Made by a program: the position numbers and the translations under genes
The notes under the pieces: model-generated
The model's database searches: none
What the model saw: the letters and a program-made list of their open reading frames with translations, nothing else
Told to the model about the DNA's origin: nothing
In this document: positions 23,308-36,087 of the stretch, piece by piece
How positions within the stretch are numbered: position 1 is the stretch's first letter
Layout of the letters: every line of letters starts with the position of its first letter
NCBI GenBank assembly: GCA_000320545.1
Contig: ADNK01001117.1
Coordinates: forward strand, 1 to 37,726
Direction of reading: 5' to 3'
Length of the DNA: 37,726 nt
Origin: Bigelowiella natans CCMP2755
Taxonomy: Eukaryota > Protista > Cercozoa

Positions 23308-25184
23308 TCAAGCTGATATCACTGCCGCGTTTGGTGTTTCCGTGCTCCCATCCTTACTTTCCGTCGCCGGCGTTTTCACAATCATCACAGGGCATTTAGC
23401 ATTGTGTATCAAATAATCAGACGTGCTTCCGACAAAGGCTCGACCCATAACCCCCAGCCCTTGTAAAACAAATGTAAATTAGATCACCACTGGGAAGAAT
23501 TTCAGAAGGGATGACTCACCTCGACTGCCACAAATGAACAGAGACGGATTGTGATCATCCGCAAAATCGCACAGAGTTGCTTTGCCAGATAATCCTATTG
23601 GGACCATCAGGATCTTTAAGGAACTCGGTTTGAAGCCTGAAAGATAAGGGCATGATCGAATTGCGCAAAAACGGTTGTTGTGAATCTGAAAGCACCCTTT
23701 TCATGAGATCTTGCAGCCATACGTCGAAGTAACTTTGTGCCACGTTTAGCCGCTTCGTCTCTCAATTGATAATTAACGTCAACAATGAAAGCGCCCCCAC
23801 CACCCATTCCAGCATTAGCATAAGGAGCAACTCCGTATTCAGCAGCATGGACATATATAATCTGAAAAAACATGCGCAGAATTGAGACAGTCCTATAACA
23901 AGATGCTTCCATCTACGAAACAATTTTTGGATCATGAATTACCTTATCCTTTTTGCGGAATACGTTCGCCATGCACCAGTCGACGACGTCCTCACTGTTA
24001 CAACGGATGAACAAAAAGCATAACCTAAAATCGTGCATACATCCATTTGATGTGGTCTTTCACCTTGCCTGTGACCCATCGACCGAGACTACTACACTTC
24101 GTTTTGTTTCGGATGCAAGAGTCTCGGAAGAGGTTTCTTTTTTGTTCTCGCCTTTTGTCAGAGTCTCGGAGGTTATTTCGATTTCATTCCCGTCTTTTGT
24201 CAGAGTCTCGGAGGATTTTTCGGTTTTGTTCCCGTCTTTTGTCAGAGTCTCGGAGGATTTTTCGATTTCATTCCCGTCTTTTGTCAGAGTCTCGGAGGAT
24301 TTTTCGGTTTTGTTCCCATCTTTCGTCAGAGTCTCGGAGGATTTTTCGGTCTTGTTCTCGTCTTTCGTTCCCTCTTTCAGTTGCGCAGGCGGCTTGGTAG
24401 GTACGTGTGAATCTTTAGCAATGATGATCGTGCAAGACGTGTTGTGGACAATGTAATCGCTTGTCGATCCTAAGAAGGCGCGTCCTAGAGCACCCATACC
24501 TTCATTGTTGGTATTTGGTAGTTAGTTGCAGCAGAAACTCCGAGGTTAATATCTTTTCAGGATTTTGGTTTAAAGGTTAAGAATGACATACCTCTACTTC
24601 CACAAATGAGAATATCTGGTTTCTCCTCTTCAACGTACTGAACAATACTCATTTTAAGTGGTACTGTGGGAGGAGAAAGAATCAGCTGGAGGCCGTGAGG
24701 TTTCATACCTATGTAGAGGGGAAAGCATGTGATTTGGATGAGGTGCTAATTTGTAACGCGTTTCAACCTAGCCTTTCAGCCCTTTTGCTCATCTTCTGAA
24801 GGTACTTCTTCCCTTTGTTCTTAGCCTCTTTTTTTACTGCTTCATTTAGCCCAGCGAGGACTGCCACACCACTGGAAAAACCGGCGCGATTAACCATACC
24901 GTACTCCACGGCATGTATCAATGTCAGTTTATCTTCCTTCTCTAGGATTTGTGAAACGCTCCAGTCCAGCACAGCATCGCTAATGCAGGAAATATGTAAA
25001 TAACAGATCAGAGATAGGATACAGTATGTCTACACCTGGCTTCTGAACCATCCATAGAAATGACGACCCCGCGGCCACATGGCTTTGTCTCCTCCGCCTT
25101 ATAATAAACGATTACTCAGAGGACTAAGCATCCACGTGTGGCTGAGTCAGGTTGGCCTCACACCTTCTGATCAGATCCTTCCAT
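23308..25184 (-). CDS. Universal stress protein with two tandem USP domains (start codon tentative)
   Basis: Domain 1: VVISMDGSEA|S...LTLIHAV...ILICGSRG|MGALGRAFLGSTSDYIVHNTSCTIIIAK. Domain 2: VVVSVDGSQA|S...IIYVHA...FICGSRG|LGVMGRAFVGSTSDYLIHNAKCPVMIVK. Both have the G-2x-G-9x-GS ATP-binding motif. Confidence 0.92.
24115..24366 (-). repeat. 42-bp coding minisatellite, about 6 copies (KDGNKTEKSSETLT) in the USP inter-domain linker
   Basis: gtcagagtctcgga recurs at 24157, 24199, 24241, 24283 and 24325, with a degenerate copy near 24115. There are no spacers and the array is in frame. Confidence 0.95.
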
Positions 25185-25934
25185 GCTAATTTCGTTTCGT
25201 CGGAAGGGGGCCCTTTCAAATTTCTTCTACAATTATTCGTTTTGGTTTTCGTGTTCTTGCTGTTGAGTTGTGCGTGGGCACGGGAAGCGAATTTCGGATA
25301 GGCGGAAGAGTTTGGGCCAGAAAATGCATTTCCCACGTCATTTCTTCCCTTGCGACTTGGAACATTGGGCTTTCTTGTTGCGAAACACGTTCCAATCCGC
25401 TCTGAAACGTGCTACATACATCACCACGGCTGAGCAAGTGGGTATCTTCTGCTTCCCTTTTGTGTGTGACAGGTGCTCCTGATACGGGAAAAAGAGGCGA
25501 TTTTCGTTTAAATATGATAGTTCCCGAAGAATTCGGGAAATAATCGAATGAAAAAAGGGTACAACTGTATGGGTCACGTGTCAAGTGTTCATAGCATTGA
25601 TGTACTCACAATTTCCCATCCAATTTTACGGTACGACATCATACAGATTCGAACTAAGAAAATGATGGCCTGGAATTTGCAGATGTGATGCTGTATGGCT
25701 CTTCAATTATGTGAAAATGCCCAAAAAAGAATCAGTTTTGCTTTGTAACGTTCGTAAAACCTGGCCTCGAGGGACTCTCTCTGATCTGGTAGTTTGCCGG
25801 AAAACAACCTCTACACTAGAGAAAGATCATCATCTGAGGCCCTGACCCGAGCGATGCGAAGCTAATGTTGATGCAAATTACATCTATTTGTTGTCGCATC
25901 GCATGCTAGCATGTGAATGCATGCGCTGAATGTT

Positions 25935-25990
25935 CGTACGTGACTAGCAGTTTGATCAGCTGCGTACGTGACTAGCAGTTTGCTCAAGCT
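25935..25990. repeat. 28-bp tandem duplication
   Basis: cgtacgtgactagcagtttg occurs at 25935 and 25963. Confidence 0.8.
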
Positions 25991-26072
25991 AGCTGCCAGC
26001 TAGAGCCCATCTATGACGTGCTATGTATGACGACGTGGCCGCACTACATACTACCCTAGCTATAGCGTTTAT

Positions 26073-26114
<42 letters not shown>

Positions 26115-26461
26115 CACACATACAGAGGCATAGCTAGATAGTACGGAAGTGTATTTTAATTAGCATATCCGGGGCACGGCAGTCTAGCAGTGCTATCATG
26201 AACAACAGTATTGAAGCGCATTAGCATCAAGGCTGGAACTCATCGTATATCGATTGGCGATATAGGAATCTCATCAATACGTAGCACACGATTGCCAAGT
26301 TGACCAACTTCAGTGGACTTCAATCACTGCATGTGTTTGTTTACATCACACATTGTGCTGCTCCGCTAGTCTGCTCTAGCTCAGTAAACTAAGGTTCGCA
26401 TGGGTTAAGACATCGCTGATATTTAGTTAAAAACAGAGTGGAGGGAAATGACCTCGACCGC

Positions 26462-28310
26462 TTAGATAGCTATGCTCGCGTTGCGATATATTTGATCTAA
26501 AGACACTAAGGCTTCCGCTCCCTTTTTCTTGGGCACCAGGACATCGCCTTTGTACGTAATCGTACCGTCTGCCGTGACCTCCATTGGGTAGTTGCAGAAT
26601 TCCTTGGATTTGAATCTTTTCTGCACAATTTTGGCTTCCTTAGGGGCGAGTTTAATGCCGACGTCAGCCTTGATCTCGATCAAACGCTTGGTCTTGTTGG
26701 CATCCTCGGCGCAGAGTAGTAACCCCGTTGTTCGCACTCCCTTGAAATTGGACGGGGCGACATTCTCGACGACAAGCACTCGCTTGCCAATCAGGGTGTT
26801 GGGATCAGGGTACTCCTTGCGAATTCCGGAGACTATTTGCTTTTGTCCTCGCCCTGGTCCTAGTTCCACTTTGACGACTGCAAGATGATCTGCCTTCTCA
26901 TGCGCCTTTGCCTCTGTAATCTCCCCGACGAGAACGTTAAATGGGAACAGCTTCGTGGTGCCGGTATCGGAACCTAGAGATGGATCGATGAGACAGCAGA
27001 GCGTGAACGTGAATACGACGAGCGAATAGGGGAGTGAGGAGAAAGCGGAGGAGGAAGAAGGGGTGAAAAGGAATATGGAGGGGTTCGAGTATAAAGTTCG
27101 TGTCCAGAGTTTGAAGTGTTCCTCCTCCTCACTGGTCCTACCTGCACCTCCATATCTCTTGCGAAATTCTGGCAGCTGATCTTTATCAATTGGCCTGAAC
27201 AACGGCTGATTTTTGCCGATCTTGTGCCCTGAATGAAAAAGCAATATCGGGGTGAGAATGATGAAAGCAGAGAAGAAATATAAAAGAAGAAAGAAGGTGC
27301 AGATAGAAATGCGTGAAGTAATGGTACGGCACAGCAGCACGCTAGCACATCATACCTACAAACAAGCCGCCCTTTTCCTTCGCCTCCTCCCATGTTGCAG
27401 CAGGGGGACCAAGAGCGCTTCTGAACCTCTCCTTCTCCTCCTTACCGGGGATGAACAACGTGGACTTGGGGATCCGTAGCTGCTCGCAAATCTTGGACGA
27501 AATGCTTGGAATATAAGGCTCAGCGAGCACTGCTAGGAGCCACACGACGTTGATGCAGATTCCCAGAACGGAATCGGCGCGCTGCTTTCCTCCCTTCTCC
27601 TTCACCAGTTTCCACGGTGCCTCGCGTTGCAGCAACCCGTTGCCTTCTTGAGATATCTCGATCACCTTTTTCAGCCCCTCGCGCAGCTGTGCGGCGTCCA
27701 TTGCTGCCACGTAGTCTTCCACGAATTTGTTGACCTTCAAGAGTAGTGATATGCTCAGTATTAAACTACTAGAGTTATTATCCGGTCGAATGACAAACTC
27801 TATTTGAAAACCGTTATTTCTCAACAGGTCTTTCATTATGTCTCATAAAATCACGTTGGTAGGTGCGGACTGCCAGCGCCTCACGCAATACATCAGTACG
27901 TCGTCGTCGCGAGATAGGGATTGAAGCTACTACCAGCATGCCGTAATGATGATAACGGCAAATAGGTAGCAGGCATTGCTAACTAAATACTAACCTTATC
28001 GAAAAACTGGTGATCTCTTTTCTCCATATGGACTTTGGGAACGACGCCGCCCATCTTCCCGAGGAAAGAAACGCAGCGATTCACGAGATTACCGAACTTA
28101 TTGATGAGCTCACCGTTCACGCGCTCGCACAGCGAGTTCCAATCGAATGCTGTGTCCGAGCTCTCAGGTCGCACCTGTGTCGTCGTATCACGAGGAAGAG
28201 GAGGAGGAGGAGGAGGAGGAGGAGGAGGAGAGAGTCACAGTTGTTTGAACAACAGCAGCAGGAACCAGAGGAAAACACGATAAAGGGAAAGGAGTTTGTA
28301 CAAAGTTTAT

Positions 28311-28350
<40 letters not shown>

Positions 28351-28783
28351 CGATGATACTGATGAAGATTATGCTGAAGAAATTATGTGATGTGGTGAAG
28401 ATCGTGTTTCTTGATAAATCGAGCTGCTATCATCTCTATGATCACCGAGAGTAAGTAAAAGCGCCAGACAGAAGCTGGGATGCCCGTTTCCTTCGCTTTG
28501 TCGCCGAACACACCAGTGCCACGTGATTTTGAGAATTTTAACCCCCCTTCGTACCTTTAATGGAAGCACGATGATTATATTGAAGGTGATGATGATGATG
28601 ATGATGATGATGATGAGAAGATAATACAAATTCTGATCTTCACCCACAGTTTGCTAGTACTGCATTTACAATTTCTGTTCCTCTCTAATCACTCCCCATT
28701 GTCGGCTGGTATTTGCCCTCTCGCCTCCCTTTTTTTGTGTGCACGTTGGCCAAATCATATATCCTCATCATTATCACCACCAC

Positions 28784-28818
<35 letters not shown>

Positions 28819-31800
28819 CGTAACTGCAAATAATCGCAGACGCTGATAGAATCCAGGAGCGTGAAGTTGTTCGCGGGCTTTGCATCGTCATTTGCCGCGA
28901 TGAGGGTACATGGGAATATCACGGTGTGGAACGGAATGTTATCTTTTCCCATGAACCTGTGATGAATGGGAGAGAAGACGAGGAAGTAGGAGAGGAGAAG
29001 GCGAGAAAGATGATGACAGAAAGAAAGGCAACGAAGGTAGAGAGACCATGAGGGATATATATTGCTATGGTGTTTGTGTAAGAGGAGGCATTTTCTTCGC
29101 AATCTCACCAGAGTTTCAACAAATGATGTCTATTCGAAACCGTGGGGTATTTCCTTCAAGATTTTTTCTCATTCTCTCACACTCCATATATCTTTGTTAT
29201 TACTGGACGAGTTTGACGTTGGTGTCCTTATCCTTCCGCTTCCACCACTGTTCCCACTCCGCCGTGTAGTTCGCCGTAATCGAGATGTATCCGATGGGCG
29301 CATCGAACCATACGTAGAACACTTTGTTCTGATAGCCGGGTTCTGGCACGGGGGTGCCCCACGAGAGGTCGCGAGTGATGCAGCGTGCTTGCAGGCCCCG
29401 TTTGTGAATCCACGAGCCAGTCTCCTTGACAGCGTTGTCTGATAACGATGAAGATGATCATCATGCATGGATGCGGAGGATGGATATCTACCCAGTGGGT
29501 TTATCAAGACCGATGTGTTGACCAATCGATATGTCGCATGTCCTCTTCGGGTCTACCTATCTATCCTGCCATCCCTACTCCTCCCCCCCCCCTCCCTTCC
29601 CACAACGATTCATGCTCACCATCATCATCAACATCATCATAGTTCCAATACCAGTCCAAATCCCCTTTTTCTGCGAGGCCGCAACGAACTTGTCAAGTGG
29701 CGCTGACAACTTTGTGAGGTCGAGGAAGAGATGCTTGGAGTCGCGGACCACTGGCGTAGCACCTACGTGCACACGCAAAACCGATCGAACGTGATGACCA
29801 AACGAATGGGTGAAACACCAACGTCAGGAAGACGAAATAGCTCATTAAAGGAATGATCCAAAATGAAGGAAAAACATTAGCTCTGGGAGGCCTCTTCTTT
29901 CACAAAGCTTTGTTTCTTACATATACAACCACCCACGACGACTACCTGTTTTGACAGACACAGGATTTTTTAGGTCTACGCTGTCGTATTCGACCGATCC
30001 ACAGTTATCGCACTGGTCGCCTCTTGCCTTTGCATATCCGCATTTCGGGCATTCACCCTCCACTTGCCTGTATTGGAAGGATGTGGTGATATGTATAAAG
30101 GTATCAGGTAGCGCTCCTGCTCCTCACGGTGTGAAGAAGAGGGGAACGAATGGACACACAGAAAAGACTTAGGACAGATCGAGGAGGAGGAAAAGGAGGA
30201 GGAGGAGGAGGAGGACACGACGGATAGGCACCGGTCGGCAAGGAACTTCTGCAGCTTCTCATCGTAGAGCTGTTTTGTCTCCTTCTCGAGGATGTAACCG
30301 TTCTTCTTGGCGCGCTGGTAGATACTTTGCGCAATCTGCGTTTGCTGTGGCGTCGTGGTGCGCCCGAAGTGGTCGAAATCGATGTTGAACCAGTCGTAGA
30401 CATCTTTGTGGATCTTGTGGTATTTGTCACAGATCTGCTGTGGTGTGAGCTGCTCCTCATCCGCTTTCATCTCGGTGGTTGTACCATATCTGTTTAATTG
30501 GCATGTGATAGCGTTTTACAAAAGAATTGCATGTACCAGTAGCAAGAGCAACAACAGTAGCAACATCAACAGTAGGAAAGTATTACCGCAGCAGCAAAAA
30601 ATTAGGTAATGTTATACTTAGCCGATGGAATGGACAAGGAGTGAGGGTAGGTGCTTCAATCTCTATGTCTCCCTCTCTCTTCTCCAATATCAAATTGCCG
30701 TTAATTGTTGGTGTCTATTTAGCAGTATGCAGCACTTACTCGTCGGTGCCGCAAATGTAGATGGAGTTGTAGCCCCTCATGCGACAGAATCTGGAATCCC
30801 ACGTATTATTATCATCACAAAGAGGGATGACTTGTTATTCACGCTTAGACCGTTACAATCGTCATCACCATCATCGCAACCAAAGGACAAATTATTTTCG
30901 ATAAAGAAAAGAGCTGCGAACAAAGAATCACGATGACCTTGAGTAGACGTCTGCGCTGAGTACACAGCCGATAATATTGCCAAGATGCGGAACATTATTC
31001 ACGTATGGAAGCGCCGACGTAATCAAGATGTTCTTCTTGCCCTTTATAGGGAGTTTAACCTTCTTCTGTGCCCCCGCTCTTGTTTTTTTCTCGGTTGCAT
31101 AGAGTGCTTTCCATTCAGGGGGATCCTCCACCGCCGCTGTGGCACTGTAATTACCAACTGCCTTCTTCTTACGCGGCCAGGAGTATCTGTACGAGTTAAA
31201 AACCAAGATATGTCACGAATTGCTTATCTGCGACACTGAAAACACTCAACTGCTATTACTGTTTCTACTGTTACTACAACTAACGTCGTGTGGCCGACTG
31301 GAACGACAGGTCTCCAAAAGCTATCTCGTTCCACGATCCTTCCCCTTCCTGAGGAGGAGGAGCTCGTCGAACCCGCAGCAGCACTCTTCTTCGCAACACA
31401 GGATAGATCAAGCGAGCTGGCATCGGAAATCTTGGCGAGGGAGAGAGCATCCCGGACCTGATGTAGTGTCGAAGATGGGGTTAAGATGGTTATAATAGTA
31501 AATAATATGATGATTGAATATGGGAAACAGTATCAAAGAATGGGTGATACACCTTCCAGAACCGCAAAATATAATTGACGTATTGGCTAGCTACGGAATA
31601 TATCCGATTCATTAGTATTTCATTATGCTCTGAGTTGATTCATCCTACCCATTTTGTTTCTCTTGTCTTTTTAAACCACTCGGCAAGAGCAGAGGAAGCA
31701 GGGAAGCCAGCAGGAAGTACGCTTTTCTTACTTGCAAAGACCGGAAAACACGTGGCCATTGCGAACACATCCGCCAGAGTGATCTTAAATTGAGTAAGTG

Positions 31801-32696
31801 CCACAGATGAATGAATGACATGATTCACGCAACCAATGAAAATTTTATGGACAAAGTATATGACAAAATACATATGGTCTACACAAACTATCTCTGTCCT
31901 TTCACTTCTCGGGCAACACATGTGAGAACTTACATCTTTCGTGTTTCCGATCCCATCGAACTTCGAAGGGATAGTAGCAACCAACTGAAAGAAATACCAA
32001 GAAGATGAGGAGAAAAAGCCCATTTGACTTCCCAAGCGCAGCACCATCCACCACCTGATTCAAGACTTTGAGTGCGAGTGTGTACTTCTCTTGGCTAGCA
32101 GAGGTCTTTGACTTCTTGTCTTCCGTAAGGGCTTTGCGAACAGCATTCATGCACTCTATGCAGCTCTCCATGATGCTAAAATTAGAGAAATATCAATGAA
32201 AAGAGAATCGTAGCCCTAATCTAGCTACCGCATACATATTCTAAGGACGATACCTGTCCACAGTGGTCAATTTTGGGACTTTTTTCGGTATCAGCCTAGA
32301 CTTGGAGTCGCTCGCTGCAATTGCCCGACATATTGCGATGGGGTCTTTGATAGCTAGTTCGTCCATTAAGAGGGTCAGAGGCTCGGCTGTATATCAAGAA
32401 AGACATAGCATCAGTGAGGCGCTCGAAATTGTGAAAGGCTTTTTTGAATTTTTTTTGTATTTTTTATTTATTGGGACGCAAACGCGCGATCGGCTTGTAA
32501 GCCAAAAGGTATAAGTGCGTGATATTTTAAGTGGGGTTCGGCTTTTGGGATCCGATTGAAGTGAGTTGCTACACGCACAGGTGGAGATGACGATTTTTCT
32601 TAAAACGCTTTCCGTGCCCGAGGCCGTGATCGCGAGAAACGCAGCCAGGGTCTCGGGAGTTGCCTTCTTTGGCACTTTTAGAACTAAAGCAGGCAT
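26462..32696 (-). CDS. MARS1: Cytosolic-type methionyl-tRNA synthetase with N-terminal GST-like domain and C-terminal tRNA-binding (Trbp111/EMAPII-like OB) domain
   Basis: About 16 exons: [26 protein letters not shown] (HIGH), CGTDE|[52 protein letters not shown] (KMSKS), RPE..D..F.W. The N-terminus has [10 protein letters not shown] and ITLADV...LAEWF (GST-like). The C-terminus has HEKADHL...QIVSGI (OB fold). Confidence 0.97.
28194..28345. repeat. (GGA)n and (GAT)n trinucleotide repeats in a MetRS intron
   Basis: Directly visible, between the exons at about 28174 and 28446. Confidence 0.9.
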
Positions 32697-33280
32697 TTGT
32701 ATTTTGCGCTGATCTGCAAACTAAGGTCGAATTGCTCAGTCTGTCTCCGAAATCTGATTACAACGCAACGTTTCGAATCAAAAAGCAAGCACTCGAACTC
32801 CCTCATCCCCTCTAGAACCCGCAGTCAAGCCTAAACCGACAACGATTTCTCCGGTGCGGTGAAAACTTTCCTTCTCCCTCCTTCCGAATTATAGCCATTC
32901 CTTTTCGTCCCTCCCACTTACCCACACCCGCGCCTTCGTACCTCCTCCTTTGAGTTTGAGTAGTGCGTGGAAGCTCAGGAGAAAAATTGTGGAAAGTCAG
33001 CGAAGGGGTATGTTTCCAGTTTAAACGATGTCATTTTTACATGTCGCAAAGTGCAATTCTCCTCAGTTTTATCCGACCGTGATATCCCACCATAAGACCG
33101 TAAGATTCCAACCTGCGACAGCGCGATCACCCGAATTTAGTTCGGAGGAGCCGAATTCAGATAAAATATTGGTCCTCATCCTAGTCGCATCGTTTAAATC
33201 CAATTCATTTTAATGTTTTGTTGCTCTCTTTCAAGAATTTTCGGTGTGCTCTTTCTTAGGAGAGGGATCCTGCATGGATT

Positions 33281-33768
33281 ATGTGGTGAGAGTTGGGGGG
33301 TTGGAAACGGAGAATACACGAGAATACCGAGTAAAGGGCAGAAAATTATAAATTACTGGACTGTGGAAGCCAGTACTTTCAATTTTATTGCGCCTGAATG
33401 ATCTCGACCTCCAATGTGTTCGTTCACCAGCATAAACAGAAAAGAAGTAAATGTCCATCGGCAGCTACAGGATGAGGTAGCTTGAATCGTAGTTTGAGCG
33501 TCTTTCATTATATTTCATGCAAATGTGATAATCCATCGAAAGAGGGGGAAAGTTAACTGGAATATGTAGCTTTTTCATCTGTATACCTTCACAGAACAGT
33601 CCTCTAAGACGACGAATTGCTGAACTCGAAATAGAAGAAATATCAGATGGTGACTTATCGAGAACAATAAGCCAACGACGACGATTACGCTTCGATGAGC
33701 AGCGAAGAGTAGGATGCATTGTCATAAAGACGGAGGAGGTTCCTGCAGAACATAACGTTGGTGGTTAA
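33281..33768 (+). CDS. Tentative small 3-exon gene (about 74 aa, short coiled coil)
   Basis: Exons 33281-33285, 33431-33476 and 33595-33768 with GT-AG junctions give MCINRKEVNVHRQLQDE|NSPLRRRIAELEIEEISDG...GG*. No recognisable family. Confidence 0.38.
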
Positions 33769-34021
33769 GATCTAAATTTAGTCACTTGTGTAGAATCTTC
33801 AAGAAGATACGAGGATGATGAAATACTAGCTTTGCATACGTGGCGGCAAATATATTGCTTGTGTGTAAAGCTTATGTTCAACACGTATCACGTGGATTAG
33901 CTTGCTTTTTAAATATTATCATTGCTTCGCTATGATCTACATACACGCAAGCATGGAATCACTATCAATCATCCATATGCTCAGTTGGTACATCTGCGCG
34001 GGCGCGTAATTCACAAATCAT

Positions 34022-34083
34022 ATGTGAGACGGCTGTAATGAAATAATTAAAACTTCAATAGTCATATATTAATATATATGTAC

Positions 34084-34121
<38 letters not shown>

Positions 34122-34532
34122 TTATTGTAATATATGCACTAAATGTAATATAGATTGTAATGATGGAAATGTTTTTGCAAACATGATATAGCACAATTGC
34201 GGAGACTAATAAGTACAGTTTAATTTGCACAGCTACATTAGGATGACAATCTGGAAGAATGTAATTTTTTCATTACACCCATCTCGCATGTTGTGAAAGA
34301 ATGTAATTTTATTTCATTACACATCCGTCTCAAATTTTGAAATATCTGACGAGCTTTGTTGAAGGCTTACATGTAGCAGCGCATTGCATGTTGGTCCAAC
34401 ATTGGCAGCAATTTAGCATAAATATCCAAATTTACATGCCAACGCGCTGTAGCCGCAGCATTGCATAACTACAATAGGATGACAATTGAAAGAATTGAAT
34501 TCATTCTATAATTCAATACATCCGTCTTAGAT
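34022..34532. mobile_element. Cluster of dispersed-repeat copies (one +, three -) forming an inverted arrangement around a (TA)n tract; possible MITE/foldback remnant
   Basis: The + copy at 34022-34065 reads atgtgagacggctgtaatgaa..ttcaatagtcat. The - copies lie at 34225-34290, 34295-34333 and 34444-34532; the reverse complement of the last reads aagacggatgtattgaa...ttcaattgtcatcctattgtagttatgcaatgctgcggctacagcgc, matching 4903-4988. Confidence 0.55.
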
Positions 34533-34734
34533 ACCAGAGTAAGCATTATAAATATAGCACATACTTGCATCGTAGAAGAGCTTGCGATACTACTGCTTTG
34601 TTAATGCAATGTGCGTCTTGTATGTGCAAACGACACGTTATTTATTCTCGACACATCAACAGCTACCATTAGCAGAATCATTGCCACCTTGATCCTTATA
34701 GAGCGTATACACCTCGTCCTTTGGGCATCACTAT

Positions 34735-35625
34735 CTACGAACGTACCTTTGGGTGCTTAGCTTCGGCGCAGATACTCTAAATTCGTGCAAGCGCACAGTA
34801 GCTAGCTGTTACCATTTTCTCCACTTTCGTCGTCATATTCGTCATCTAAAAGTACAGAAACTCAAGTTTTTTTACACAAAGAGAGACGGACGTGATCATC
34901 GAAGTGAAGGCCATTGCATAGTTCCTACCGCTTGTGCTTATGGAGGACGCCGCCTGCAATTATATATTATTTGCACCAAGATAAAGAGAAATGATAAGAT
35001 CAAAGTATTCCAGAAACTTCAAACGCTTTCCGTGCGGTTTTCAAATCCTGCTAGGTTCCAACCCTCCCTCCACCCATCCAATATGTTTGAAATGCTGCTG
35101 TGACTCAACTAGAGAAGATATATACATAAGTTTGGGTGTTTTTTTTCGCTTGTGTAGAAAACGTGCTATTGATGTCTCGTGTTATGTTGTTCCTTCCCAA
35201 ATCATTGCCTCCTCCTTCTCCTCCTCCCCTGCCTCATTATGACCTCTAGCTCCCATGATCTATTAGAGACGGCACCAGAGCTGTCATAGAACAATCCTGC
35301 GACGGGTAGAAACCTGACGACGCCGCCCAGCCGCGAAGCAGCCCCGCAGTAATCAAATGGAGTATGCACAAGAGTGTGGTCGTAAGAGAGCCGAGAATAC
35401 ACAGTATCACGCACGATGAGGGTCGGAAACAGAGACAAAGGTAAAATCGGGGAAGGTAATGATTGAATGTATACCATGCAGGGTTTCGATTGGTGTTTGT
35501 GTGCAAAAGTACGGGTCAACGTTAAGCATTCCTGCTCCTTCTCCCCCCCCCCCTCCTTTGAACACGAAAGGTACGGATGGCGCTTTGCAGTGATCGCTAT
35601 CGTGTACCTAATCACAAATCAAGTG

Positions 35626-35664
<39 letters not shown>

Positions 35665-36049
35665 CCCCCCCCTTATTCCTAGGTAAAGATCTCTTGACTA
35701 CTACCTCCACATGAAGGTGAGGAGAAGGCGTGAATCCAATCTCGCCCGAATACGCTATAGTGTTCCCCGCCTTTGATGTGCGAATGCAACAAAATGAACG
35801 ACGGACTAGCTACTCAGAGGCCGACGAAACCCTTTTAGTTTGCAGTAAATCGATTAAGTTATCACCTTTACTCTATCTCCCACGTTAAGGCCAGAAACTG
35901 GACGGTCGATATGGACATATTCTATGAACTGCCTGAGTATGCGCGTGTGTGTTCGTGATGAGTGCGAGAGACGTATATGTTTCCCTGTTTGGTATGTAGC
36001 GAATGCAATGTGAATACTAAAACAACGTTATGTAACCTGTATATAAGTA

Positions 36050-36087
<38 letters not shown>

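Noticed and set aside
24115-24366. Regular 42-bp repeats as a CRISPR array
   Set aside because: There are no unique spacers. The repeats are contiguous and in frame within a eukaryotic exon.
25124-25336. MGNAFS N-myristoylation signal on the USP protein
   Set aside because: The ORF starts at GTG, not ATG. This GT is more likely a splice donor or UTR sequence.
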